Shown here one piece after another: positions 16,846 to 25,186 of a stretch of DNA of 25,965 bases. The notes under the pieces were generated by a model. That model was not told the DNA's origin and made no database searches. It saw only the letters and a program-made list of their open reading frames with translations. Source of the stretch: a virus (taxonomy: Duplodnaviria; Caudoviricetes); the IMG/VR virus record IMGVR_UViG_3300020045_002660, positions 1-25,965 of that record. One strand, 5' to 3'. The position numbers were made by a program, and so were the translations under genes. Positions within the stretch are counted from its first letter, which is position 1; each line of letters opens with the position of its first letter.

Positions 16846-17285
16846 AATGTATTTGTATAATTTAATTTTACAGTGATTGAAAGAACGATTCCAGAAACAT
16901 TGACGTCGAATAGGTTAATGAATTCTACTTCAGACGCATTTCGAACCGATTGAACGTTTGTATTTTCTTGTAATCTTGTTATAAATTGATTAACCAGCAA
17001 TCGCGCTGGCTGAATGCATTTTTGATCATGCTGAAGCGGCGTCCAGTCTGGCTGCGACTTGAACATAAAATAAACGCGGATCGGGTATTCTCTTTCGATT
17101 AATCCGCTTTGAGCCATTAACAAATTAGCCTGAATAGGGCTATCAAGAAACATTGCTGAATCGACAAAACTTTGTTCGTCCAGAACTTTATTTTGAAACG
17201 ACTTTTGCCCGTACATTAAAGAAGGAAGCGACTTTCCTTCATATTTCATTGCGCTAACTACTGCGCTGCAAACTGTTATGATCAT
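16833..17285 (-). CDS. Probable tail terminator/neck protein
   Basis: 150 aa; size, position and C-terminal F...FD.NVSG..L.I.V strand pattern. Confidence 0.45.
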   Translation of the reverse strand: MIITVCSAVVSAMKYEGKSLPSLMYGQKSFQNKVLDEQSFVDSAMFLDSPIQANLLMAQSGLIEREYPIRVYFMFKSQPDWTPLQHDQKCIQPARLLVNQFITRLQENTNVQSVRNASEVEFINLFDVNVSGIVLSITVKLNYTNTLCLE

Positions 17286-18052
17286 GCTGGCTTCGGCGTT
17301 AAGATTTGCTTATAGTTTTCTTGGTAAATAGATTCGACAAGCGATTTTCGTAGCTTCAAAAATACGACGTTATATTCTAAATTCAAAATATCTTCGTACT
17401 TTAATACGTCGCCGCCAGCAAGCGTGTCGACAATGTTCATAACTCCGAATTCATTGAACATGTCAATTCCTGCGCGCAATTGTTCTTGCGTCGGCTTCTT
17501 CTTCAATTGTGTTGCTTCTGTTTCAAGTATGTCAAACAATTGCTTTGTGTAATTCTGTTGGATTGCGAAAGCGTCAGGCAAATTGATAGCCCGTGCAATC
17601 ATATACTTGTGAGCCTCTGACAAATCTGGATCGTATGGCTTTGAAGTTAAAATAGGCTGGAAATATATTTCAATCGTTGTTAGTATCTTTTGAATAATGT
17701 CAATATCTTTTTCGCTTAAAAAGGAATGCAATTCGATTTTCTGCCCGAATGTTTTTGTTTTTATGTCGATTCTTGGATCTATCGAAGTGTAATTCACTTT
17801 TACTTTTTCAGGAATGATCCATTCAGAAGGATCGAAATTTCGCTGGATAAAAGAGCACGTCGAAACAATCAAGTTTCTTGAACCGACGTCAAGTTTTTCG
17901 ACTTCCGATTCAGTTAATCCAGTTAGTAAAGACAATATTTTTGTTTGATTGTCGCTGTTTTTTAATACTTCAGAGTATGTATAGACGCTTATGTCTGACC
18001 AGACATTCGGAATGTTCAAAGATTTTCCGCTGTTTGTTTTCGCTTTTATCAT
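17282..18052 (-). CDS. Morphogenesis protein, possibly tail assembly chaperone
   Basis: True start probably ATG 18052 (ATGA overlap with terL stop); IPNVWSDIS..Y and C-terminal FG...IVD.LAGGD..KYE.IL. Confidence 0.45.
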   Translation of the reverse strand: MIKAKTNSGKSLNIPNVWSDISVYTYSEVLKNSDNQTKILSLLTGLTESEVEKLDVGSRNLIVSTCSFIQRNFDPSEWIIPEKVKVNYTSIDPRIDIKTKTFGQKIELHSFLSEKDIDIIQKILTTIEIYFQPILTSKPYDPDLSEAHKYMIARAINLPDAFAIQQNYTKQLFDILETEATQLKKKPTQEQLRAGIDMFNEFGVMNIVDTLAGGDVLKYEDILNLEYNVVFLKLRKSLVESIYQENYKQILTPKPA

Positions 18053-19236
18053 TTGATTAGTGTTGCACGCGCTCCGCCTTTTGGCGCGCTTAGTTTGTAT
18101 TTTGCTACATATCGAATCCCGTCGATTGCGTGGTTTAAATAGTCGACAGGCACATTCAAAAGTTTGTTTGTTGCTGCGTCCTTCTTCCATGAATAGCCGC
18201 GCCATTCTTTTATTAGATCAAGCGAATGATTAACAATGCAATATTCGTAACGCTTCATTAAGTCGATCCCGTTCTTGATGCTGTCGGCGCCTTTTACTGC
18301 TCCGCGAATATTCCAGCCAAGTCGTCGAAGATCTTCGATTGATTTTTGTTCGGCCGAATCTGCTATGATTTCGTTTCTTCCGACGCCCATTTGTTTCATT
18401 AGATTGTGAATCTCGATGTTCGTCAAGCCTGTTTGATAGATCATTTGTTCAAGATAGATTTTGCCTTCTTTGATTCCGACCTTAGTTAAGGCCGTAACGT
18501 CGTTAGAATATCCGAAGTCCAGCCCGTAGCATATCCATTTGCAGCCGTCAGGAAACGACGGAACAGGCGTAAACGATCCAAAGATCACGCCTTCAAGACT
18601 TCCGATCTGTCCAAGTCCGTAAACTTTCCACCAGTTAGCCCAGTAAGCGTCGCCCGCATCGCCTTTTACTTTTGCTTTCTCTATTTCCTTAATGATTGAT
18701 TCGCCCAGCCCTTCATTATCCTTGTAAGTCAAGGTTATAAAGTCTGTGTCCTTGTCTGGAATTACTTCAGTATCAATCCAGAATTCGTGTGACGGGTTCC
18801 AATCCGCAAAGATTTCGTCCGAAGTCCTGATCGCTAATTGGTGGAATGTGTCAAAAGTTAAGTTGTTACACTCGTTCATATACAAGATATGTCGACGCAT
18901 ACCACGAACCGAAGATTCTTGTTCGGCCGAAAAGAATTCAATATAGGAGCCATTCGAAAAAGTATATTTCCTGTCTGTAATATTCCAGTGATCGTCAATG
19001 TAACGCCCCGTTATTTTCATTATTTTTAAGAAGTCCTTCATGGCTCCTTTCTTCAAATGCGGGACAGATTCCGAAACAACGGAAATTTCTTTCAATGGCG
19101 TTTTAGTTGCTCGATCAATTAGAACAGGAAGGATTCCGAATGTCTTTCCAGCGCTTGTTCCGCCCCTTATCGCCTTAACTCTCTTTTTTAGTTTTAGAAT
19201 CTTGTTGATTGCTGTCGTTCTTATAAATCCGTCCAT
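18049..19236 (-). CDS. terL: Terminase large subunit (PBSX family-like)
   Basis: Walker A GGTSAGKT, Walker B LYMNE, DWNP coupling motif, RNase-H-like nuclease GLDFG...ADSA...NHAIDGIRY. Confidence 0.95.
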   Translation of the reverse strand: MDGFIRTTAINKILKLKKRVKAIRGGTSAGKTFGILPVLIDRATKTPLKEISVVSESVPHLKKGAMKDFLKIMKITGRYIDDHWNITDRKYTFSNGSYIEFFSAEQESSVRGMRRHILYMNECNNLTFDTFHQLAIRTSDEIFADWNPSHEFWIDTEVIPDKDTDFITLTYKDNEGLGESIIKEIEKAKVKGDAGDAYWANWWKVYGLGQIGSLEGVIFGSFTPVPSFPDGCKWICYGLDFGYSNDVTALTKVGIKEGKIYLEQMIYQTGLTNIEIHNLMKQMGVGRNEIIADSAEQKSIEDLRRLGWNIRGAVKGADSIKNGIDLMKRYEYCIVNHSLDLIKEWRGYSWKKDAATNKLLNVPVDYLNHAIDGIRYVAKYKLSAPKGGARATLIK

Positions 19237-19320
19237 TTTTTAACTAATTGATTTTCATTTGTTTAGTCAACTTTTCCCACCGTAAAAACAAAACAGTTTT
19301 ACTTCTTATTTAGATTCGTT

Positions 19321-19848
19321 TTAAATAGCATCTGGAAACAGTGGCTGTTCTTTGATACTTACTTCTTTTTTATCCGTTAGGCCTAATTTACGCGCTATTA
19401 TGTTTGAATTATAGATCCCTGCTGTTGCGCCTTCGAATTGTTGTTTGAAGATAATCGCTTCAACACGCGTAATGATTTCGGAAAATTGTTCATAAAGTGG
19501 ATCTTCCTTCTTCAGCCCGTCTTTGAAATCCCAAAGATATTTCGTGTTTACTCCTAAGAATAAACATAGCCCCTCTATTGACATAGGGGACGGCGTCGGT
19601 ATTAATACGCGCTTTGCAAAGCCTCCGCGAAAGTCTACTTTATTAATGCTTCGCTTTGAATTGTATTCGAAATATTCGACACATGCATTCCAGAGTTCGT
19701 CAGGCGTTTCGAATATCTTCTTTCGTCCTGCTTTTGCCCTTACATTCCAGAAGTCGTCGACGTTTGATTTTTTCGGCTTTCTTGCTGCTTTCTTAGTTGT
19801 CTTCTTTGCCGTTTTACTTATCGGCTTTTTGTTTTTCTGTGTTGCCAT
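19321..19848 (-). CDS. terS: Terminase small subunit (P22 gp3-like)
   Basis: FW..R.K.GR..IFETPDELW.AC.EYFE, GLCLFLG, QQFEGA.AG.YN.NII.R.LGL.DK; directly upstream of terL. Confidence 0.9.
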   Translation of the reverse strand: MATQKNKKPISKTAKKTTKKAARKPKKSNVDDFWNVRAKAGRKKIFETPDELWNACVEYFEYNSKRSINKVDFRGGFAKRVLIPTPSPMSIEGLCLFLGVNTKYLWDFKDGLKKEDPLYEQFSEIITRVEAIIFKQQFEGATAGIYNSNIIARKLGLTDKKEVSIKEQPLFPDAI

Positions 19849-19996
19849 TTTTCAATTTATATACGGGGCGTTTGAATTTTCCGTATTTCCTTTTTAGTTC
19901 TGCGCCTTTTTCTGTGAACTTCATGTCAGAAGCGTTTATAAGAAAGATTTCTTCTGCTTCGTCTACGAAGGATCTGTCTATTTTCAGCGGCTTCAT
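19814..19996 (-). CDS. Hypothetical protein
   Basis: ATGA coupling with the upstream gene. Confidence 0.55.
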   Translation of the reverse strand: MKPLKIDRSFVDEAEEIFLINASDMKFTEKGAELKRKYGKFKRPVYKLKNGNTEKQKADK

Positions 19997-20352
19997 TCAG
20001 TTAGCTTTTGGATTGACATTTTCAATAGTTCGAACATTCTGTCGTTGCCCTGTTTTAGATCAACGATTCTTTCTTCTTTGCCGATCAACTTTCCTTTCGT
20101 CACGTCTTCGCGCTCTGTGTGTATTCCATTGTATTCGTTGTATTCGACAATTGCCTTAACGAATAGTTCAAATGTTTTGCGCGGCATTTCGATAAGCGGC
20201 TTCAGTTCAGTTGTTGAACAACCTTCCCAAGTTTCCGCGATCATTTTTCCTTCGCAGCCCATTGAATAATTAACGTTTTTCCCGCCAATTTCGTCGCGCA
20301 TCCAGATTCGGTATGACGCATTTACTTTGTAATCCTCTATAAATATTTCCAT
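19993..20352 (-). CDS. Hypothetical protein
   Basis: 119-aa ORF in the compact gene array. Confidence 0.7.
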   Translation of the reverse strand: MEIFIEDYKVNASYRIWMRDEIGGKNVNYSMGCEGKMIAETWEGCSTTELKPLIEMPRKTFELFVKAIVEYNEYNGIHTEREDVTKGKLIGKEERIVDLKQGNDRMFELLKMSIQKLTE

Positions 20353-20359
20353 GATATAG

Positions 20360-20611
20360 TTATTTGTTTTCGTTTATGCTTGTGCAAGGTTCGTCAAGAA
20401 AAAACGCCCTTTGAAAACAATGTCTTGAACAGTAATGTAAGTTAGCATCGTTTGCAATTGTCATTGCTGAACCTTCGATCCTGTTTTCTATCGCCTTTAC
20501 GGATAAAGAAATCCAGTTAAGCGGGACGTCCATTTTTGTAATGTCGCTAAACTCTGTGCGCTCTGTTTCCTTGCAACAGTTATCGCATACGAAGGCTAAT
20601 TTTTTAGACAT
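20360..20611 (-). CDS. Small zinc-binding hypothetical protein
   Basis: CDNC ... HYCSRHC. Confidence 0.65.
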   Translation of the reverse strand: MSKKLAFVCDNCCKETERTEFSDITKMDVPLNWISLSVKAIENRIEGSAMTIANDANLHYCSRHCFQRAFFLDEPCTSINENK

Positions 20612-20787
20612 TTTTTAATGTTTTCCTGTTTAACTAATTTGTGCCTAAATGCTGGCGTTATTTCTTTCGAACTTTCAACCGTGCTATAAGAATGTTCGAA
20701 TCCCTGCTTTTCAAATTTTCTTATCAACTTGTCGCCTTTCTTTTTGCTGTCGGTTTCTATAAGTATAGTTGTTATAACTCTCTCCAT
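20596..20787 (-). CDS. Hypothetical protein
   Basis: Fills the gap in the tightly packed array. Confidence 0.55.
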   Translation of the reverse strand: MERVITTILIETDSKKKGDKLIRKFEKQGFEHSYSTVESSKEITPAFRHKLVKQENIKKCLKN

Positions 20788-20790
20788 TTG

Positions 20791-21123
20791 CTACGGTTTT
20801 AAGTTCCCTGTTTCAATGATTTTTCCCAAAACGATAACGACGTCGCCCGCTTCGACTTCTACTTTTAGCCCGTTCGGATACTTGAAGCGATCTTCGGTTC
20901 TTGTAATAAAAAAGCGCTCAAATTCGCAAACAAAATAAGGCCTTTCCGCTCCGTATCCATTTACGAATTTAATGTGATCGTATTGCTTCGCGCGACCTTT
21001 CTTGTCTAATAATCGACTAAGGATCCATTTTGTCGGCTTTCTAAATTCAAAAACTTTTTCGCCAGTGACCATGATGTCGAACGGCTTCTTTTCTAACGAT
21101 AAAAATAGTGTTTTTTCTGACAT
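20791..21123 (-). CDS. ASCH domain protein
   Basis: L.L....FD....GEK..EFR...W..RL and FVNGY motifs. Confidence 0.85.
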   Translation of the reverse strand: MSEKTLFLSLEKKPFDIMVTGEKVFEFRKPTKWILSRLLDKKGRAKQYDHIKFVNGYGAERPYFVCEFERFFITRTEDRFKYPNGLKVEVEAGDVVIVLGKIIETGNLKP

Positions 21124-21474
21124 TTATGCTGTTTTTAGTTTTCTTAATCCTTCAGCGCATTTTAAGATAGAGTTTGCGCGCTCTGTTAATGACTTGATTT
21201 GCTTTTCTATTTCTTCGGCGTCGTTACTAACGTAATAACCTGAAGAAGTAGCAATCAAAGGAAGCAACGAATTCGATCGAATATAGTTGCATATCTTTCG
21301 CAATCTTGGTTCTGTTATCGTCTTGGGCTGCTTTTTATTGCACTGTTTTACGATTTCGCTGGCTTTGATCGGATTTTCTTTTCCGTACTTACCAAAGGCG
21401 CGAACAAAAACAGGAACAAGCGCCAGTTCTTTTTCTGTAAGTTCGACCGTTATTTCTTCAAAGTTTGTTATCAT
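21124..21474 (-). CDS. Winged-helix DNA-binding protein
   Basis: ITEPRLRKICNYIR helix followed by IATSSGYY wing. Confidence 0.7.
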   Translation of the reverse strand: MITNFEEITVELTEKELALVPVFVRAFGKYGKENPIKASEIVKQCNKKQPKTITEPRLRKICNYIRSNSLLPLIATSSGYYVSNDAEEIEKQIKSLTERANSILKCAEGLRKLKTA

Positions 21475-21489
21475 TCTTTGTCGTGTTTC

Positions 21490-21828
21490 TTATAAGTATG
21501 AATAGCTTCCGTAGTTAATTGAAACAGAATGCTTTCTGTCTAAAGACGGAGCGATTGAAGGATATTCAATTTCGTAACAATGTAAGAAAAAAGGATCGTT
21601 ATTAACAAAGTATGTTCGTTGCTTCGTGTCGACATTGTCTTCGCATCTACAATTCTTTTTTACAAACAATTCTAATTCTGCATTGTTGCTAAATTCGAAT
21701 CCTTTCATTTTTAATCCTTCGACTATTAATCTTTCTAACTTCCCATTAAGTTCACAAACAAGGCGTTCGCCAATTTGCGCCATTAAAGAGCCGTTGTCCT
21801 GCTCAAAATTAAACTTGATCTTTTCCAT
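21490..21828 (-). CDS. Hypothetical protein
   Basis: 112-aa ORF in the array. Confidence 0.65.
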   Translation of the reverse strand: MEKIKFNFEQDNGSLMAQIGERLVCELNGKLERLIVEGLKMKGFEFSNNAELELFVKKNCRCEDNVDTKQRTYFVNNDPFFLHCYEIEYPSIAPSLDRKHSVSINYGSYSYL

Positions 21829-21829
21829 T

Positions 21830-22294
21830 TTAACTGTTGATTATTTCTTTTAATTTCGATCCGTCTAAGCCTTTGAACGGAAGCGCATTAACAACGGCAA
21901 GAATTAAAGAAAGAAACGCCGTGAAATCCAGCAATCCGAAGTCTGTTGATTGATAGCTGATCCCGTTGAATAAGCAAAATAAATACGTTTCCATGAATTC
22001 AAAGTAATGGCCATTTAAAACAATGAATCCGAATGTCAGATTGAAAATGATTCCGCCCGACAAAACTAAGATCCATTTCCACAACTCCGCGTCTTTGTTT
22101 TCGAAATTGGTTGCGCCGCTCCATATCATCCAGCCGATGTTTATTTTTAAGCCGAAGATCCGAACCGACAGAACAGGCCTTTTGTTGTATAAAAATAATG
22201 TGATCGAATCTATTTTAAATCCGAATAGCTTTCCGAAGAAAATGTGTCCCGCTTCGTGGATAAGGATCACAAGTATAATTGACAGTATTACCAT
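21830..22294 (-). CDS. Peptidase M50 / site-2 protease family intramembrane metalloprotease
   Basis: HEAGH (HExxH) in TM1, GGIIFNL, NALPFKGLDG (NxLPxxxLDG with Zn-ligand Asp). Confidence 0.9.
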   Translation of the reverse strand: MVILSIILVILIHEAGHIFFGKLFGFKIDSITLFLYNKRPVLSVRIFGLKINIGWMIWSGATNFENKDAELWKWILVLSGGIIFNLTFGFIVLNGHYFEFMETYLFCLFNGISYQSTDFGLLDFTAFLSLILAVVNALPFKGLDGSKLKEIINS

Positions 22295-22584
22295 GTTTTT
22301 TTTATTTCATTAAATTGATATGCATTTCTTGTTTTTGGATTCTTTTTTGGCGTCCCGTCCTTTTTTAATTCTGTTCCGTGATACACACAAGACGGGTTCG
22401 AATGCGTCATTCTTGTATCAAATAGTATCTTTTCGATTTTTATTGATCCGATGTGATCCGTGAAATTGTCGCCTACCTTATATGTATTATTGGCTTGTAA
22501 GTAATCAACGATAAGGCTTCTCTTTTTTTCAGAAAATTCGATTTCAATTTCTACTATCTTTTTTTTAAGTTCGATAATGTCCAT
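22288..22584 (-). CDS. Hypothetical protein
   Basis: 98 aa; YKVGD and LKKDGTP motifs common in small phage proteins. Confidence 0.7.
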   Translation of the reverse strand: MDIIELKKKIVEIEIEFSEKKRSLIVDYLQANNTYKVGDNFTDHIGSIKIEKILFDTRMTHSNPSCVYHGTELKKDGTPKKNPKTRNAYQFNEIKKTW

Positions 22585-22588
22585 GCGC

Positions 22589-22852
22589 TTATTTTGTTTT
22601 TAAGTGACGCTTAACGCCTTTTGCTGTTAGTGGTTCTATAATTTTGCCAGCGTCGCAAATTTGATAGAAGATTGTTTGCTTTGATGTTACGCCTTGAATC
22701 CCTTTGTTTTTCTTTGTTACTGTGATAACTCTTTCCGATGCTGTTAAGAATTCCTTTGATTCGTTGTCTTTAAGTTGAAGCCTTTTGATTTCCTTGTATT
22801 TAAGCGGCTTGATTCTGACGTCGTTGTCGAATAGATTTGATTGTCTTTTCAT
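22589..22852 (-). CDS. Basic hypothetical protein (apparently leaderless)
   Basis: ATG 4 nt after a consensus -7 box. Confidence 0.65.
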   Translation of the reverse strand: MKRQSNLFDNDVRIKPLKYKEIKRLQLKDNESKEFLTASERVITVTKKNKGIQGVTSKQTIFYQICDAGKIIEPLTAKGVKRHLKTK

Positions 22853-22856
22853 AGTG

Positions 22857-22887
22857 CAAATGTATATTTATTTATTTAATTAACAAA
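22857..22887 (-). promoter_or_regulatory. Consensus Bacteroidota promoter TTTG-N19-TACATTTG
   Basis: caaa 22884-22887, 19-nt AT-rich spacer, caaatgta 22857-22864 (as read on +). Confidence 0.8.
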
Positions 22888-22892
22888 ATAAT

Positions 22893-23285
22893 TTAGCCTT
22901 TTTTGCCTAAGTGAATTTTCGAAAGTTGATATTTTTTTGATAATGCTGGATTGTTTTCTAATTCTTGATTGTGTTGAATGCAACACGGCGCAAAGAATCT
23001 TTCGTCAATTATCAAAGGAATATCGTTTTCGCGCGCCCATTTATCCGCATAGCCTTTCCGTCCTGCTCTGTGTTCGATCGTGTTTGCTTCCCTTCTGCAT
23101 CCTTCTATAAAACAGTTTTTGTTTTCAGGAAGCGACAAAAATATTTTCCTTTTTTTAGTTAGTTCCTTTATCAAGAAAGCGCCTTTATCGCTGGACTTTT
23201 TTATCGGCTTTTTTCCTTTCTTCTTTGATTTTTCTGGCTTCAGATCTTCAAATCCTGTCTTATGTATTTTTGCGAAGTATGTCAT
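22893..23285 (-). CDS. HNH/NinG-like zinc-binding nuclease-like protein
   Basis: C....C....IEH..GR ... CC..HN pattern; ATG at 23285 preferred over TTG at 23300. Confidence 0.5.
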   Translation of the reverse strand: MTYFAKIHKTGFEDLKPEKSKKKGKKPIKKSSDKGAFLIKELTKKRKIFLSLPENKNCFIEGCRREANTIEHRAGRKGYADKWARENDIPLIIDERFFAPCCIQHNQELENNPALSKKYQLSKIHLGKKG

Positions 23286-23451
23286 TTTTTGAATCTCCAA
23301 TCCAGAACATTTTTTCTATCTGGCTTATGCTTTTATATTTAATTTCCGTTAGAACTTTTCTTGCTATTCCGTTAGCGCCCATTAAAGAATTAATATCTTC
23401 CTTCAGAAGCCTGTTTTCTTCTTTTAGTTTTTGATATCCGCTTTTTTTCAT
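23260..23451 (-). CDS. Small coiled-coil hypothetical protein
   Basis: YQKLKEENRLLKEDI; ATGA coupling. Confidence 0.6.
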   Translation of the reverse strand: MKKSGYQKLKEENRLLKEDINSLMGANGIARKVLTEIKYKSISQIEKMFWIGDSKNDILRKNT

Positions 23452-23828
23452 TGCTTTAAATTTTCAAAATTGATATTTAATTCGAATCCTCTAATCGCAT
23501 AGAAAAGATTCTGTAATTTGTGTATGTACGGAATCGGCGTTCCTTTATAGTAAAAATTCCCGCTGTTACTTATTTCGATTCTTATTCCAAGAAGAACAAA
23601 CGCTTCGCTTATTCCAGAACGCGGCTTTGTTCTTTTGAATCCTAACGAAAGAAGCATTGCTTTTGTTATGTATATTCCAGAAGCGTGCGTCGCTTTGTAT
23701 GTGAATTTATTCCCGTTTTCAGTTTTTACCTGAAGTCCAGAATCCGAATCGTTTATTCCAAGTACGGCGTAATTGGTTTTTAATTCTGAACAAATAAAAT
23801 TTCCGATTCTTAATTCTGCTTTTTCCAT
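23448..23828 (-). CDS. Conserved-type Bacteroidota phage hypothetical protein
   Basis: ELRIGN start, L..LGF and Y.H.LQNLFYA..G.EL end. Confidence 0.7.
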   Translation of the reverse strand: MEKAELRIGNFICSELKTNYAVLGINDSDSGLQVKTENGNKFTYKATHASGIYITKAMLLSLGFKRTKPRSGISEAFVLLGIRIEISNSGNFYYKGTPIPYIHKLQNLFYAIRGFELNINFENLKQ

Positions 23829-23832
23829 GATC

Positions 23833-24087
23833 TTAATTGCTGTTATTAGTTAAAATATTTGCTGACAATCCTTTTGCTATATTATATGCACAATCTGGCA
23901 AGTGCTTTAAATCTTCCATGTTTGCCGTGCATCCATTAGAGTAATCAACTGCAAAGCAAAAAGGGCAAGTCACTTCGTCTGCTCCGTGTGAATTATAATA
24001 GTTGTTTGCACTGCAATTTATAACCTTGCTGCAAAGTTCTTGCACTTCCTTTTCTCTTTCTTCTGAATGTATTTCGTTTGGTTTCAT
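23833..24087 (-). CDS. Small zinc-binding hypothetical protein
   Basis: CPFC ... H..DC. Confidence 0.65.
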   Translation of the reverse strand: MKPNEIHSEEREKEVQELCSKVINCSANNYYNSHGADEVTCPFCFAVDYSNGCTANMEDLKHLPDCAYNIAKGLSANILTNNSN

Positions 24088-24113
24088 GTTATTTCGCTTT
24101 AATGATAATTAAA

Positions 24114-24338
24114 TTATGGCGGCGTTATCTCTGTCCAGTACTCAACGTTTACTATTTCATAGTCTTGTTCGTTGTAGAAGTCACAAAAGTCGCGTCCGTC
24201 TATACGTCCTTCGTACATTTCAGCCACATGCAACCTGCCTTCTATCGTGCAAACTAAAACTTTGTCGCTTCTTTTCCCGTCCCATAGGCCAGTTTTATAG
24301 GCCAATGGCTTTTTGTCTTTTATCTTATTCCAAAGCAT
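24114..24338 (-). CDS. DUF551-like protein
   Basis: W..I.D..P ... VLV ... V.YW..I.PP. Confidence 0.6.
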   Translation of the reverse strand: MLWNKIKDKKPLAYKTGLWDGKRSDKVLVCTIEGRLHVAEMYEGRIDGRDFCDFYNEQDYEIVNVEYWTEITPP

Positions 24339-24367
24339 TTTGTTTTAGTATTTGTATTAATGAATAA

Positions 24368-25186
24368 TTAAATCAATTCGTCGTTTATGTCGATGTCCAT
24401 GTCGACAAGATTTTTAAAATAATATCGTAATGCTTCGCGTCTACATTCAATGTTTATGGCAACGATTGTCACATTTTCTTCGATAGCCTTTTGCATTGTT
24501 TTTGATCCTTTGTTCTGGATCGCTTCGCTTCGAAGCCTGCCTTTTACCTCTTTGCTTATTCTTGATTTCACTTCGTCAGACAGAACAAGGATTCCTTTTT
24601 CCTTCAGGTAGTTATAAGAAACACTTCCAGCGTCAAGCAAAAGTCCGCCGCGCTTGTAGACGTTAAAGTTTTCAACTACTCCGCGTCTAATTCTTTGCAA
24701 TTTTTCTTCTTCCGACAATTCAGGTTCCGTCTTAGGCGAACGCTTCATGTTCTCAATTGATTTTCTTACGTTTAATCGCCTTTCGTCAACAGTCCAAGTG
24801 TTAATCCATTTCCAATAGGTTGAATTGTTTAGGCCTGTAAATTGTCCGAATTCGTGTTGATATCCTTTCTTAAACAGGATCGACATTTCTTCGAATGTAA
24901 TTGTCCCAGCATACGTTTGAAGATCCTTGACAAATTCGTCTATTGTCATTTCCAGCAAAGATTCGTCCAGTTTATATCCGCAATTCGCATGTGTCTGAAT
25001 AATCAACAGCGCTGCAAGTTTTCTAAGATCTTGCGCGTCGTATTCTTTGATACGTTTTCCTGTTAGCGCCTTTGCGATTTCTTTCTTTTCTGGCGAAAAC
25101 TCTTTAAACGTTTTGTGATCCTGAATCACTAAAAACAAATCGTTCGATTGCGCTTGTGTACTGATTAGACTTTGACTTTGTTCCAT
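24368..25186 (-). CDS. Hypothetical protein, possibly replication-associated (helicase-loader-like)
   Basis: 272 aa helical; ITFEE....F..G....FG.F.GLN..T...W pattern; early-region position. Confidence 0.45.
   Translation of the reverse strand: MEQSQSLISTQAQSNDLFLVIQDHKTFKEFSPEKKEIAKALTGKRIKEYDAQDLRKLAALLIIQTHANCGYKLDESLLEMTIDEFVKDLQTYAGTITFEEMSILFKKGYQHEFGQFTGLNNSTYWKWINTWTVDERRLNVRKSIENMKRSPKTEPELSEEEKLQRIRRGVVENFNVYKRGGLLLDAGSVSYNYLKEKGILVLSDEVKSRISKEVKGRLRSEAIQNKGSKTMQKAIEENVTIVAINIECRREALRYYFKNLVDMDIDINDELI

Noticed and set aside
18053-18205. N-terminal extension of ORF 17282..18205
   Set aside because: Overlaps the conserved terL nuclease end; ATGA coupling at 18052 is the better start
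18865-18895. TerL Walker B reading YMNE instead of DE
   Set aside because: To my knowledge NE variants occur in PBSX-like terminases; other motifs are intact, so this is not evidence of inactivation
19237-19320. Gap between terS and terL as a pac/cos site or structured RNA
   Set aside because: AT-rich with no convincing repeat, hairpin or ORF
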